64,000 nucleotides of DNA, from NCBI RefSeq assembly GCF_000315625.1, contig NW_005434603.1:1-64000 (forward strand), written 5' to 3'. The position numbers were made by a program, and so were the translations under genes. This stretch comes from Guillardia theta CCMP2712 (lineage: Eukaryota > Protista > Cryptophyta). The stretch's first letter is position 1; every line of letters begins with the position of its first letter. The notes beneath the pieces were generated by a model that saw only the letters and a list, made by a program, of their open reading frames with translations, did not search any database and was not told the DNA's origin. Below, in pieces: positions 12,377-25,632 of the stretch.

Positions 12377-14178
12377 CAGCAGATGCAAGAGCTGAAGCTC
12401 TGCATACAAGGGGAAGTTGTAAATGGACAAGGGCAGTTTAAGAAGCAGGTAGAGCAGTCAAGACTTTGCGTAAAGAGGCTGATCGAGAGTCCCCAGGTCT
12501 GGGAGTTTCTACACGGCAAATCATTTTCAGACTCGTCAAACACCGGCGGACCTCAAGACACAGTCGTTGGCACTGAGGCGGCGCCTGCTCTTATCTCGAT
12601 AGCACATGGTCAGGCCGCTTGTGGCACTGCCAGTCCGCTCCTGACACATCATGTGGTCCAGGCACTAACGACTCTCAGTGATATGGAGCAGCCTCTCAAG
12701 GCTATGTTAGCCCTTAGCCTGATTTTCACTCCCGGTTTCTAACCGTTCCGAGCTGCAGAACTACGGCTGTGCATGTTTCAGCTCCGAGAAGTTTCTTGTA
12801 TTCTCCAAGTGTGTGAGTCGTACATTATCATCTCACGGTAGTCAAATAGTGGCAAATTCAGTACTAGCCCCGTCCTGAGTAAATGTGTGAAACCCGTCAA
12901 GGATGTTATCACTGAGATGCTGGCTCAAAAGCAGCGGCTGTGATGCCGGCATGATCCATGGATGTCGAGAGATCGCAGCCTGTCGGCACCCATCTATTAA
13001 TGTCACAGAACCGTGAATACAAAGCCTCGGACATATTTCTTAAGCCAAGTGAGCTTTTGTTCTTGGCAAATCGCCTAGTAGTAACCCCCCGTTTGGCAAG
13101 GCCCTTTACAGCCTGGCATCTCGCCCAATAACACATGTGTATTTGAGTGATCTGAGACTTGAACAGCCGCCGGATGTGGTGGCATGTTGATCATGGTGGC
13201 ATGTCAGTACTCTGGTGCCGCATTCCACCTCGCTGGTTACCTTCACAGATAATCTTGTATTTGCTTTTGTAGCTCATCAACAGCTTCATGGTGTGAACTT
13301 TGTTGCCCAAAGTCTGGGTTTCTTACACAATGACTTTTGCTTTTGCCGATGATTCTTTGCTTGACTTCGAAGCGTATGCGCGTCTATGTGCAGCTGGAAT
13401 TCATCATGATGCATTTTGGCATCTGCTTCTTGTTGAAAGGAGGTGAAGTAAAGAAGCCTTGAAACAATTCTTGAAGCCCTCTGCATTCTGTCCAAAGAGG
13501 TTACCTAGAAGAGTCAACTTTGCTCGTACATGAGAAATGTTGATGGAATGCTGGCTCAGCCGCAAGTTGAGATAACTAGCCGCTACTTGTAGCAAGCATT
13601 GATCATCCGCGTTCTCTATCTCCAACGTTGCATGCCCGATGTTTTGCAGAAAATGTAACAGTTTAAGTTCAGCACCAATGCGTCAGCCTATCACTGCATA
13701 ATCCTATACCGTACTGTTGTCAAGTCGATGTCTTTGAAAGTCCGTCGACAACGTGAACAAGCTTTGATGCAGTGTTGAGGGATGCTGTTCGTACTGTACC
13801 TCGTCTTTACGGCATTCCTCTCTGCCTGCTGTCGTCTTGCTCATGGTGGGGTTGCAGAGCAGATTGCTCGTCAGCATTCGGATTTGAATTTCTCCCCATG
13901 GCACGTCATAGATCTTGCATCGGTCGCCTATACCTCAGGCTGCATGACCACGCCCAAGATGTGCATCGCGGTCGATGGGAGAGGTACTTAACTAAAACTT
14001 AGTACGAGGTGTGGTAGCCTGGCAGTCCCGCCGGGGGTGTCCGGCCTGCCAGAGGCTCGGATCGGATCGGATGGTATTGATGAGCCGCCGCCCGGCCGGC
14101 GGCTCGAGTCGGATCCGACGGCTGGAACTTCCGAATGATCATACCAGGCGACCCGGACCGGCGACGGCCGCGGGCATG

Positions 14179-14712
14179 CTTCACTTTGAGTAAAGAGGGT
14201 GCGACCCGGCCGGGCGCAGCAAGGGCCCGGTCCGGCCGAGTACGCCGGGTCACGGTGCTGGCATTTACTCACTGAAGTTAACTTAGTTAAAAAGTGCTAC
14301 TAGGCTAGTTCACTGAAAAATCAAAAAGAATTTGGGTAGCTCACAATCATGAAATCAGTACACCATTACCCCTACCTCTGAATATCACTGAAAACCACCA
14401 CCATGATGATTACAGGCCGGGGTCCCCACTGGCTGTGACAATGATCCACCCGCCGGTCCGAGGCTCCCGGAATATCATACTAACGCGGTCACCCCAGAAT
14501 GCCGGGGCCGCCGGGCGCGGCCGCCCATTCTGGGGTCTTTTGTGGAAGCCCGGTGCCCGGCGCCCGGGGTCGTACTGATCAGTTTTTAACTTCACTTTGA
14601 GTAAAGAGGGTCCGACCCGGCGCAGCAAGCCCGGCCCGCGGCCGAGTACCCGGCACACGGTGCTGGCATTTACTCAAAGTTAAGTTAAAAAGTGCTACTA
14701 GTTCAAAAATCT
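14179..14712 (+). mobile_element. Two diverged copies of a ~120-140-bp mini-element with inverted AT-rich ends, inside a GC-rich island
   Basis: Copy B has TTTTTAACTTCACTTTGAGTAAA (14583-14605) and TTTACTCAAAGTTAAGTTAAAAA (14669-14691), a 22/23 inverted match, followed by GTGCTACTAG. Copy A (14179-~14320) is the same sequence with extra insertions. Confidence 0.6.
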
Positions 14713-15286
14713 TCAAACTGATGAATGCCTATAGTCAATACTTTTTTAAAATATATTTCAAATTATGAGGTTAAAGTTAAAGTAATATATGCAAAGATAT
14801 AAAGAAATTATATAACTCAAATTTCAATCGAAGGGAGTCGACGACCCCATGTCTCTAGTCAACGACATGGGCAGGAGGAGGTGGGAACGTGGGACGGGAT
14901 GGAGGAGAGAGGAGGGGAGGAGAAGGGGAGAGGTGGCAGGAGATGAGTGGAACAAGTGTAGAGACATCATAATCTAGTGAAAGAACAAGGTGTCTTCAAA
15001 CTACGGCTAGCTCGTTGCCAACCATCGTGAGTTGTTGTTACTAACCATTGTTAGCTGTTGTTACCAAACTCACATGTTTTGCAAGGGTGCTGGTTCGAGG
15101 GTTCTGAATGGAACCGCCCGGATATCGTTCCTGCGAACCTCCGTGAACACATCAAGGTGTGAGCACTGTGACTCTTGGCCTCGCTGCACCTGTGCAGACG
15201 AATGCGAAATCAGCATGCTGCGTTTCAAATCAATCGTGTGGAAGCCGTGTGGTTACGTTTGTTCTTATCTGTAGGCGGCCTTGCCA

Positions 15287-15873
15287 TGGCTTCCAACGGA
15301 GGATTGTCATGGCTTCTCGGAGTGAAGAAGAAGAGCAAGCAAGACCAACCTGCAGCTCCGCTGACACCCCTCCAGATCGCTGCTGTGACCCCCTACCATT
15401 CTGAAACGATGTTGGGTGATTGTGCTTCCCAGAGGAAGGCCATCGAGCGGGATGCGAGGCTCACCCTGGCTGCTGGATCGTTTGTGGTCTCCCCGCACCT
15501 TTCCAAGGGGCCCCCGACGGCCCATAAGGAATTCCTTCATCGCACATTGAAGCAGACCGTTGGGCACAACAGGTACGGCGCTGTCAGGTGCTGCACTCGC
15601 AGGGCTCATTGCTGTCTCAGATTCAAGGAGGCGAAGGAGTACGAGAACTGGGCAACGACCATCCGTGATCGCGTTGGATACGATAGCAAGGATGATGATG
15701 AGGCCTCTAGCTCAAGGCGCGACCGCAGGACGGAGGACAGGGGGAGCAGGTCGGAGAGGCGAAGGAGCTCAGACAAAGACGGGGGCAAGCATTCATCGAG
15801 GAGAAGAGACAGGAGCTTGGAGCGCAAGAGGAAGTCTAGTGGAGAGGGAAGCAGCAAGAGAGAAAGAGACAAG

Positions 15874-15923
<50 letters not shown>

Positions 15924-17380
15924 AGACCGTAAGGATAGGAAGGCATCAAGACGAGAAAGATCGAGCAGGTCGACCAAAGAAGACTTGGATTTGGAGGCAA
16001 ACGAGGAGGAAGAGGTTGAAGGTACAGCTGAAGGTACCTCCATCTCTGAGAGACCAAAAGAGCTATTCACACGAAAGTATCGCGAGAAAATGAGGGAGCA
16101 GGAGGCAGAAAAAGCTGAGGGAACTGCTACCAGCCCGATGGAAACGGATGAGCCTTCAAGGGTGAAAGGCGACCCGAAATCAACATCAGATTCTGAACCA
16201 TCGATTGTCATTGATAGTCGAAACACAAGCTCAGGCGAAGAGCCGGCAATGAATGCGAACGAAGCACAACGGAAGCGACCGAGAGACGCAAAGTCCGAGA
16301 CTGATATCGCGTCGTTGATAGCCAAGAAGTTTCGGGCGAAAGAGATAGAGAAGAGGAGGCGTGAGGGCTTGAGAGAAGCAGACGAGCCAAAACTCGTACG
16401 GCAAGATGAGAAGGAACGTGTAAATATTCCTGCTAACGGATCGGAGGAACGAGAGGCCTCGGGGCCTGAGAGCAGGAAGGACGGCTCTGAAAGTGATGTG
16501 ATATGTTTGGAAGACCAGCAAGGTACAGCTATGATGAGTGATAACGCCACGTCAGACGCAAAGGACAATGATTCGCCCAAGGAGGACGAGGAGGAAATCG
16601 TTGGGGAGGACTCTGAAAGGAAGGTGACTGCTGGCGATACTCGGAACTCTTCTCTCGCGCCCAAGAGCGAGGAGGATGCGAGTGGAAGTGAAGGTCTCCT
16701 GGATGTCCTCGGGATCAACAACCCAAGTGAGGAGGAATCTGCGGAAGATAGCGATGCCGTGGCAGGGCAGGAGGATGGCAAACCCGCCAAGGCCAAAGAG
16801 AAGAAGAGCAAATCGAAGAAGGAGAGGAAGAAAGAGAAGAAGGACAAGAAGAGCAAGAAGAAGAAGAAGAAGAAGAAGAAAGAAAGTTCTGATGATGACA
16901 GTGACGAGGTCAAACTCCCCCTTCCCCCACAAGAAGGATTTGACAGATGCATTCATGGAGGTGTGCGTGCTGAAGTTTGGGTCTCCGTGTCGTTGTTCAC
17001 TTGCGTACAGGAAAATCTCGATGGGAGAACGACGGCTTCTTTGAGCTGATGAAGGAAGAGGAGGCTGCGCGTGAAAGGGAGAGAGAGAGAAGAGCCTTGC
17101 TCCGAGACGAGAGGAGAAATTCCAACCGTTCATGTACCACCTACTCCCTTACGGTTACCCTGCTCACTGACGGCCGTTCAGCCCCTTCTCGACGTTCGCC
17201 GACGTTAAACGACGAGAGGCGCGAGCAACAGCTGCGGGACAAGCTGCTGCAGGTGCCATGGTGGGAGGAACCGATCTGCTCTTCTCACGTTTCATCCCTC
17301 AGGGCGTTGGGAAGTCCACCGCATCCGATGCGTCAGAGAGCAAGCCAAAGAAGCGTCTCGACGGTGCGCAATGGCTGGTG
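15287..17380 (+). CDS. RS/charged low-complexity nuclear protein of unknown function
   Basis: 624-codon ORF with RS dipeptide and poly-Lys tracts and an N-terminal HKEFLHRTLKQTVGHN segment. Several small introns; the 3' end is uncertain. Confidence 0.6.
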
Positions 17381-17637
17381 ACCGACTTGCGGTCCAGCTG
17401 CTGACATGCCCTTCAGTGAACAAACTCTCCTTCGGCGGGGTGGGGCACCATGAAACTATCGAGGCCTTGGAATCACTGCATGAGACCGAGCATGATTGGT
17501 AGGGCACCAACTTCCAACGGCAGCCAGAGCACAATTAGCATTGTTTCGACGAAGAGTCTGCTCGGATTATCTGTGATGAGAAGGTTTCTCCTAATTGAAA
17601 TCACATGACACCCTTGAGCTGTGTGTTGGCATCGAGA

Positions 17638-17826
17638 TCAGTAGTAGTCCCCGCCATCGCTCGAGGGGTTGCAGTTCTCGAGCATCGGACCGCAGTCAAG
17701 GATTCTGATGGGGTTTTTCTTCCCTTCAATCATATCGTTCACCGTCGGGAACTTCTTTGCCTCTTCATTTGTTTGCTTCAACGGGGCGGGTGGACCAGCG
17801 CTTGCATCGACTAGAAGGCTCCACAT
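17638..17826 (-). CDS. Possible small (~62 aa) protein
   Basis: Compact ORF MWSLLVDASAG...DGGDYY preceded by a splice-acceptor-like CTGTAG. No recognised family. Confidence 0.3.
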   Translation of the reverse strand: MWSLLVDASAGPPAPLKQTNEEAKKFPTVNDMIEGKKNPIRILDCGPMLENCNPSSDGGDYY

Positions 17827-19194
17827 TGTGTGAGACGAGCTACAGGAAGGGACAGTCTTGTGCTTGCAACGACGTCTCAGTCAGCTGTTGTGTTTTGTTG
17901 TTTGCTCTCGTTGCTCTTGCTGCAAAGTTCTCCTCGCTCTCCCTCCTCCGCCCGCTCCTCCCGTTACTCATGCATCGGCTGCCGCCTATTTCCGGTCGAG
18001 AGAAAGGAGGCAGGGGAAATTTCAATTGTTTCTTCAAGTTTTCAAATGTTAACAAACAATAATTGGATCTTGATCTGAAGGTGGTATATTCAATTTTTGA
18101 AAAGATGTGTACTGAAATATTACTCTAGCTCAATTACTGAGATTTTCAGTATGAATGTTTTTTTATCTACTCCATTATTGGATTTTAAAATCGTTTCAAG
18201 TATACCAAATAGTTATAAATCTTTCCCTTGGTACACGTTTTTCCTATAGATATAGCTATAACTATTTAATTTGTACTGGCTTTGTTGCTCCGGTAACAAT
18301 GGAAGGCGACGTAGGCTACTACCCCCACCCTCTGCCTGAGACCAGACCCACCAGACATTTTACAGTACCCCATTACTTGACCAGAAAAGCGATATCCTGA
18401 GTACCGGTACTTTGATCAGTAGAACGTCCTATAACCGGTACATCGTAGTTTTCCTACCCCCCTGGGCACCACACCCCCCTGACCCCTCCCAAAACAGCTG
18501 CGCGATGGTTGGGAAAGCGTGACGAGGGGGACAGAAGGAGCGGAAGAGGGAGGAGAGGAGAGGAGAGGAGAGGAGAAGGAAATATGGAAGATGAGGAGAA
18601 GTTGGGAGCGACTGGACGCGAGTGAATGTGGCAGGAGGGAGGGAAGATGGGAGGGGAGAATGGGGTGGCAGCAAGGCAAGTTGAGCTAGGCAAAATGTCG
18701 AGATTGGGTCGGTCGGAATCAAGAGGGAAGAATAAAACTCGGGAAAAGAATGCTCACAGTGATGAAAATGGAGATGAGATGAGAACGATGTACTGAATGG
18801 TGCGGATTGGAGTAGATTATTAGATGTTTGACAGACAAACAGGTGCTGTAGTTTCGCCGTTGTATGTGCAGCCAAACACTTCCACCCATTCACTTTTAGC
18901 TTGGATGACAGTGAGGAATTTCTCAGATGTTTTTAGTTTGTCAGTCATCTGCACTTCAATTCCCTTGGCACCCATACAAAGCCATGGTTTTTATTTTTCA
19001 TGCCATCAATTATGTTGGTTTGAGTTTGGTTTTGCTGTCTGGGCATCGATGGCAGACGCATCTTTGAAACGTCTGCACCTTTCATGTTCATCTTGTTCAC
19101 CTCTCACCATGATCGATCTCAACGCCCCTTCATGCACAACAAGATCGAGTAGTTCCATCGCGGCAGCCGCCTGACGGTGTATCGCAGACTTGCC

Positions 19195-21219
19195 ATGGAG
19201 CTGTTAACGTTCAACAAAGACGATGGGTTCACTGAGGTGCGGCTGAGCTGCTTCCTCTTGCTTCAGGATGCGCATCTGATCGAGGAACCACAGGCAGTTG
19301 TTCGGGGTTACCGCTCGGGGATCCTTGATGCAGCCTCCTACTCGAACTTGGGGCAGTGCGACAGCTTGGAGGGTGCGGAGGAGGAGGAGGAGAGAGGGGA
19401 GGAGGGGAGGCGAATGAGGGGAGGAGCAGGGGCGGAGGCAGAGGTGTCGATGATGATTCAGTTCTTATCTCTGATTTTTCAGACATGAGGATGCATCTGC
19501 AAGTGACCGACTACGGCACCTTCCTGCAGAACGAGCCGTCGCCCCTCCAGACCATGACGGTGTCTGATCATCGCAGTGGAGGATGTGTTGGTGATGGGAT
19601 TGAGGCAGATCTCCGAGAAGTGCACTGAGAAGCTCGTGGACGAGTTCAACTACGTCCGCTGCAACGCCTCCTCCGAGCTAGCCAAATTCATGGATTACAT
19701 CACGTCAGAAGTTGCCTCTCCCCCAGAAGCTCCTTGACGCCTCCTCCAGCTATGGGTACATGATCGACAACGTCGTCCTCCTCCTCACCGGAACCCTCCA
19801 CGAGAGGGACACGAGTGAGCTCCTGGAGAAGTGAGTAGCAAACCACCATGTCCCTGCTCTCCCTTCCCAGTCGCTGAGCGGTTCTTGTTCCAGGTGCCAT
19901 CCCCTTGGTAAGTTCCAGTCTCTGGCCACCCTGGCCATCACAACCAACGCCAAGGATGCGTACAGGGTAGGATGAGCTTCACTATAGGAGAGCAGCTGAC
20001 GGCAGTTTGACGCAGCTCGTGCTTGTCGATACGCCGTTAGCTCCCTATGCTCAGATGCATTTCAACGACGCCCACGACTTCACTGAGTTGAACATCGAGG
20101 TGACCTGGCACGGCGTTGCGTGCTCGGGCTGAGCTGACGCTGTGCAGGTCATCCGCAACACCTTGTACAAGGCTTACCTGGAGGACTTCTACTCCTACTG
20201 CCAGAGCCTCGGTGGCAGCACAGCGGAGGTTGTCGTAGTGGGTGCGGAGGGGGGAAAGTACTGAGAGTCTTCCAGGTCATGGGAGAAATCTTGCGATTCG
20301 AGGCTGACAGGAGGTGACCTAGTGATCTGACTCCCGACCAGCCGCTGACGTCGAGTGCTACAGGGCTATCAACATTACCATCAACTCGCTCGACACCGAG
20401 CTGACCAAGGAGGGGAGGGCTGAGCTGTATTGCAACTTCGGTGATCTGTACCCTGAGGTGATGCCTGCTGCGCCTTTGTCAACCTAGCTTATGATGCCAC
20501 TTAGGGAATCGCGCGACTTGAACGTGCCGAGAATCACGACGCTGTCCGAGCAGCCGTCGAGCCATACCCCGTGAGTTTTCTCGCTGCAATCCAGCGGAGA
20601 GCTGAGAAATCTGGTCCAGCAATATCGCCAGCTGTTCCAGGAGGCGACATATAGCCAGGTAGATGCCATGACTTGTTGTGTTGTCTCAGCATGCGTGTCC
20701 CTTGTCATGCATCAGCAGTCGCTATCCCTTGCTCACCTTGCATCGTGACGATTGACGTCTGACCGCAGGAGAAGTCGTTGGAGGATTGCTTCTTCGAGTA
20801 CGAGGTGAAGTTGAACAAGCTCTCGTTCGAGCAGCAGGTAACTCGCCTTGCCCTCCACTCTTTGTTCTGATCGCCTTGCTCCAGTTCCAGTACGGAGTCT
20901 TCTACTCGTACTTGAAGTTGAAGGAGCAGGAAGTCCGTAAGTCACCCAAGAAGCTGTAAACCTTCCCCTCCCCTCCTGACGCTTGCTCAGGCAACATCGT
21001 GTGGATTGCTGAATGCATCAGCCAGGTGAATACCGCATGCCATGATCTCTCCCCTGCCTCACCCTGCCCTACTTCCTGCCCGTACATGTCTCGTCCTCGC
21101 CCTGGTTCTGCACCTTGTCCTCCACCTCCTCCCCTTCAGCCACATCGTTCCCCAGCTCGAGCTCACCTGTGGAACAGGACCAGAAGGCTCGCATCAGCCA
21201 GTACATTCCTATCTGGTGA
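19195..21219 (+). CDS. VMA6: V-type ATPase V0 subunit d (~16 exons)
   Basis: Exons assemble to [14 protein letters not shown]|[11 protein letters not shown]...[20 protein letters not shown]...CHPLG...[14 protein letters not shown]...[14 protein letters not shown]...KLKEQEVR|[11 protein letters not shown]|[13 protein letters not shown]. Confidence 0.97.
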
Positions 21220-21624
21220 GGCGGGTCATCAAGAACAGCCGTAGACGAGGCTGAGAGGGTCATGTTGAATAAACTCATTTGCACATAAAGATGCCGGTGC
21301 AGCAGGCTGACCGGAGGAAGCGAGTGGGGGCCTGCTGGGAGATCTCAGCGAGAACGGGAAAGATCGGGAGAGAGCGCATGGAACCAGCGATGCTGGTTGT
21401 GGTGAAGATGAGGAGAGGAGAAGAGTGAGCAGGGTGCACAGTCGGAGGAGAAAGGTTGAGGAAGGAAGGAGTGATGGCAAGTGGAGATGGCAGCAACATT
21501 GAAGGAGGGAACCAACGGGAAGGAAACAGCAGGAGGAGAGCTCATGAGGAGCAGGTGGTAGTGAGAGGAGGGAAGTGAAGGAAAGGAGTTTTAGTTTCAT
21601 TGAAAACAATATCCTACAAGTAGG

Positions 21625-24600
21625 TCACCAGAGCTGACATTGCTTCTTGGGATTCATGGCAGTGCCGACGGGGCACTGGAACGCGCGAGCAAACGGCTGG
21701 AAGTTGCTGAGAACTCCGAGAACCCTGAAGAGAGTGTGAGGATGAGGGACAGAGGGAGAGCGAAGAGGGCAGGTCACAAGGAGAACAGAGGAGAGGAAGC
21801 AGGTAGTGAAAGTGAAGAATAGCAGGGCAAGCGCCAATAGGGGCAATGGTTGTGGAGCTGACGAGGAGGAGGAGGAGGAGAGGAGGAGGAGGAGGAGGAG
21901 GAGGAGGAGGAGGAGGAGGAGAGGAGGAGGAGGAGGAGGAGGAGGAGGAGGAGGAGGAATCTTTGGGAAGGGGGTATCAATGTGCTTCCCACCTGTACTT
22001 AGCGGGCGAGTGCTCATCGGAGAAGAGCGAGTCGATCGCCATGTCCTGCTTGTCTGTCTCGCACCAGTTCTGAGCGAAGGCCGTGAAGAAGAGTCGGTGA
22101 GCCGCCATCGACCGTCGCTCAGTCGGGTGGGACTTCTCGAACGCCTGCGGTCCACATCAGCCTCCTCCTCTACTCTACAAGCACGAGATCTCCTCCTGCC
22201 CCATGCAAATACACTCCTTCCCCTATTCCCCCTCCTGCTCGTCCTCGTCCTCGTCCCCGCTCCCCATTACCCAAAAACACTCCCTCTCCCCTCACCCCTG
22301 CTGCTCATCCTCCTTTCCCTTCCCCCGTCACTGCAACTCAAAATTTCTTTACCTGGAACGCAAATCGCATGCCACCTTCGTCTGCAATGTTCTCTCCCAG
22401 CGTCGCTTCCCCGTCCACGTGATTCCCCTGGTACCAATCCGGCACTTCGCTCCCGTACTCGCTGTACTGCTCGGCCAGACAATCCGCTCTCTATCACACA
22501 CACGGGTCAAACCGACGCCTTCGTCTACAACCACACCACCTCATCATCATCATCCTCTACCGCTACCACAGCCTCTTCCTTTCACTTTGCAACCACCACC
22601 TCCACAACATTCTCTTTCTCCTCTGCATACATCATTCTTTTGCCGTCTCCCCCTCCTCACCTTGTCAAACTCTTGGAATGTCTTGCTGTCCCACCAGTCC
22701 TTCTGATCGCCATTTTTGTCCAACAAGTGCCCTGAGTTCACATCAACTCTCCTCTTCCTCCTCCTCTCCTCCTCCGGCTTCACCCGTGTCGTCAAACCCA
22801 TGCGTCATCTCGTGCCCGCAGATCGTTCCGAGAGCTCCGTAGTTGCGAGCCTGCGGGAGCGTCAGGGCGGACGAGGCCCGGGGGAGGGGAGGAGGGGGAG
22901 CTCTTACGTCGTCGTACGTCTCTGAGTAGAAGGGCGTCTGAATGATCCCAGCGGGAACCTGCGGGGAGGGTCAGGCTGACGGAGGGACACGGGAGGTTGA
23001 ACCAACCCAAAGTCCGTTGACCATGGGGCTGTAGAAGGCGTTGACGACGATGGGGTACGACTCGCCCCAGCGGTTTCGCTTCGGCGACTCGAAGATTCTC
23101 ACCTGAGTTGTTCCATCAGCCCCCAGCCCATGATGAGTCGATGGCAACAAGGGGAGATATTGCAGATCGAGAGCGAGGGGATGGACGGGGAGTGGGAAGG
23201 GAGGAGGAGGAGGAGGAGAGGAAGGACAGCGGAGGAGACGAGGAGACGAGACGAGAGCATGGGATGAAGGAGAGAGAAGAAATCAGAAGACTTGAGACCT
23301 GAGCTCGCTTCACTGCGTTCGACCCGATGATGTCAACGTTCCCCACGTAGTTATCCTCCGAGAGCTGCCCAAAGTTTCTGAAGACGCTCTCTGGCCAGTC
23401 ATCCGGGTAACCAACCTGCTCCCATCGTCAGTGAGAGGTGCAAGAGGAGGACAATGAGGAAGGCCAAGACCTCAAAGAACATGTTGTCGAGCTTCTCCTG
23501 CGCCGCCTTCCTCGAGGCCGGGTCCATCCACTTGGTTGTGTCAAGGCTGTCTCGGAACTCCTGGCGGATGTTCTTGAGCATTGTGATCGTGTCGTCCTTC
23601 CTGGTCTTGGGGAAGACATTCTCCACGTAGAGGTAACTAGACGCCCAGCCCAGCAGGTACGTCGTGTCCGAGTAGCACTTCTTGACCCGCTGCTGTTTTG
23701 CCACAACCCCGAACTTGGCGTTGTGCCAGTCGTGAACAGCATCCCTGAAGCTGTCGTCCAGGTAGGTGGCATAATTGTAGATGAGGCGGAATCGCGTGTA
23801 CGATTCGACTTCAGCCCAGCACTGCTCCGTGTCCACAGTGCCGTTGGGGCTGGTAAAATCCTTGCAGCTGAAGATGTCCTCGAGGTTCTGTAGCCAGCCA
23901 CCTTGCTTGATGATCAGCCTCGGGCTCGAGAGAGGCTGGCCCATCGCGTCCTCCTCCTCGCCTTCCTCGCCCACCCCGACCTGAGAGAAGTTCATCGCTT
24001 CGAACCATCGCTCCCAGTCGATCGAAGGCGCCTGTGGAGCAGACGTCAGAACCTCCTCCACCCTCTTGATCAAGATCGCTCACCTTGACGCTCAGATACT
24101 CCCGATCTATCCACTGGTCATAATGAGACGAGCCGTCGCTGCTGTTGAAGCCTGCAGCAAGCTTGATATCCATCTGAAGGACTTTCTCAGCATCGTCGTT
24201 GGCGACGTTGTCGTCGTAGCCAGCAAGCCCCACGAGCGTTTTCACAAACTCCTTGAAAGCAGAGATGGTATCCGATTCCTTGCCAGTAGCAAGATACTGG
24301 GTGTACTCGTCGGCATCAAGGATCGGCTTCGAGCCCTTGACAAAGAGCCCGTACCTCTCCTTGTTCCAAGAGTCGATGTCGACTGACCACGTCCAGAACA
24401 AGCTCAGGTCAGCCAGCTGAACTTTGATGGCTGCGTCGACAAACGTCACGTTGTCTGTGATGTTCTCAGTCATCTCCATCCATGGAGTCAACAGGTCCCA
24501 CGACGCCTTGGGCGCCGTCCCCTTGAGGCAGGAGCGGTAGAAGATCGCTGCTGGGTTCTCTTTATCAGTCTCGAGCAGAGACTTGAGCTGCGTTCTGATC

Positions 24601-25181
24601 CCATCGTCAACCTGATCCCACTGCAGCGCCACCGAGGACACGTCGTCGGGGATGTTTGACCCCTTCGACTCCGCCCAGTGCCCGCACGCGAACTGATAGA
24701 AGTCGTCGCAGGGATCGACGCTGGGGTCGATGGCGCGGCGCATATCGGGAGGGAACTCGTCGACCTGCAGGTAGCTCGCGATCCTCGAGGCATCAGCCGT
24801 CACCGCATCAAGACGCTCCTTGTTCAGCTCCGTCTGTGGCGCATCGCCCCCAAGGGCCCAGTCGAGCTTCCAACCCGCAAGGTGGTCAATGGTTCTGTAG
24901 ATGGGCTGCTTCATGTTCTTGTAGTCGCTCTCCCTGATCGCCGCAAGCTCCACTCGAGGCACTTGCATCCTCGAGCTGCTCCCAGTTGCGACCAGCATGC
25001 CGATAAGGAGAAGACCCGACGCCGCACAGCCGAACACGAGCAGCGACATGGTCCTCCTGGTAGTCCCTGCGAGCGACAGGTGCGTTCGAGCACGAGGCTG
25101 GCTCCCCTGCATGCTGCGAGCATCTTCGATATCGCCATGCCCGAACCCTACTGATGTCCCAGGAAGGATTGAGGGTGCCAT
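21625..25181 (-). CDS. M13 family zinc metallopeptidase (neprilysin/ECE-like, type II membrane anchor)
   Basis: N-terminal TM helix, [31 protein letters not shown] (HExxH, ~22790-22820), and C-terminal [22 protein letters not shown]. Confidence 0.95.
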
Positions 25182-25632
25182 TCGTTCAGTTCCGCAGGAG
25201 TATCGCGCCTCACGTTCCACGAAGAGTGTAAGCAACTGGCTTTAACGGAGGAGGTAGAAGGAGCGGAGAGCAGTAGGGAGGAAGCGGGAGGGAGGAGGGA
25301 GTGAGAAGGATCTGCAAGGAGGAGGGAGATGGAGAGGGAGACGCTGAGGAGGAGGGAGGAGGAGGTAGAGAGGCGGTCACTCAGCCGGTTTCTCCTCCAT
25401 TCCTTCAGTGCCGTCTGACTAAGACTAACGGGGCCCCGTTCAATAAGCACCAAATGCTGGAAAATATGATTTGATGCTTACTGTATATTTCAAAATATCA
25501 ATATATTTTATTAATCTCTTCCATATTTCAGCACCCCCAGAGGAAATAAGAGGATCGATTTACATGCAAAAAGCGAAGGGTCGTGCACGTTACAAAGTTC
25601 GTTGAAGTGTTCGGAAACCGTTATTTATCTGT

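Larger units (their letters stand above)
10690..12742 (+). pseudogene. Disrupted repeat-containing protein with putative PD-(D/E)xK (REase-like) central domain and coiled-coil repeats
   Basis: ORFs 10739, 11104, 10794, 11642 and 12089 join into one reading once small insertions and the TAG at 12065-12067 are removed. Central motifs are YQADLCLTF ... YICFEITES...KIPEKIYQLSRL. Confidence 0.5.

Noticed and set aside
15606-16952. 448-aa antisense ORF and similar shadows (5577-6527, 52514-53422, 29990-30418)
   Set aside because: These are antisense shadows of real or relic coding sequence on the other strand.
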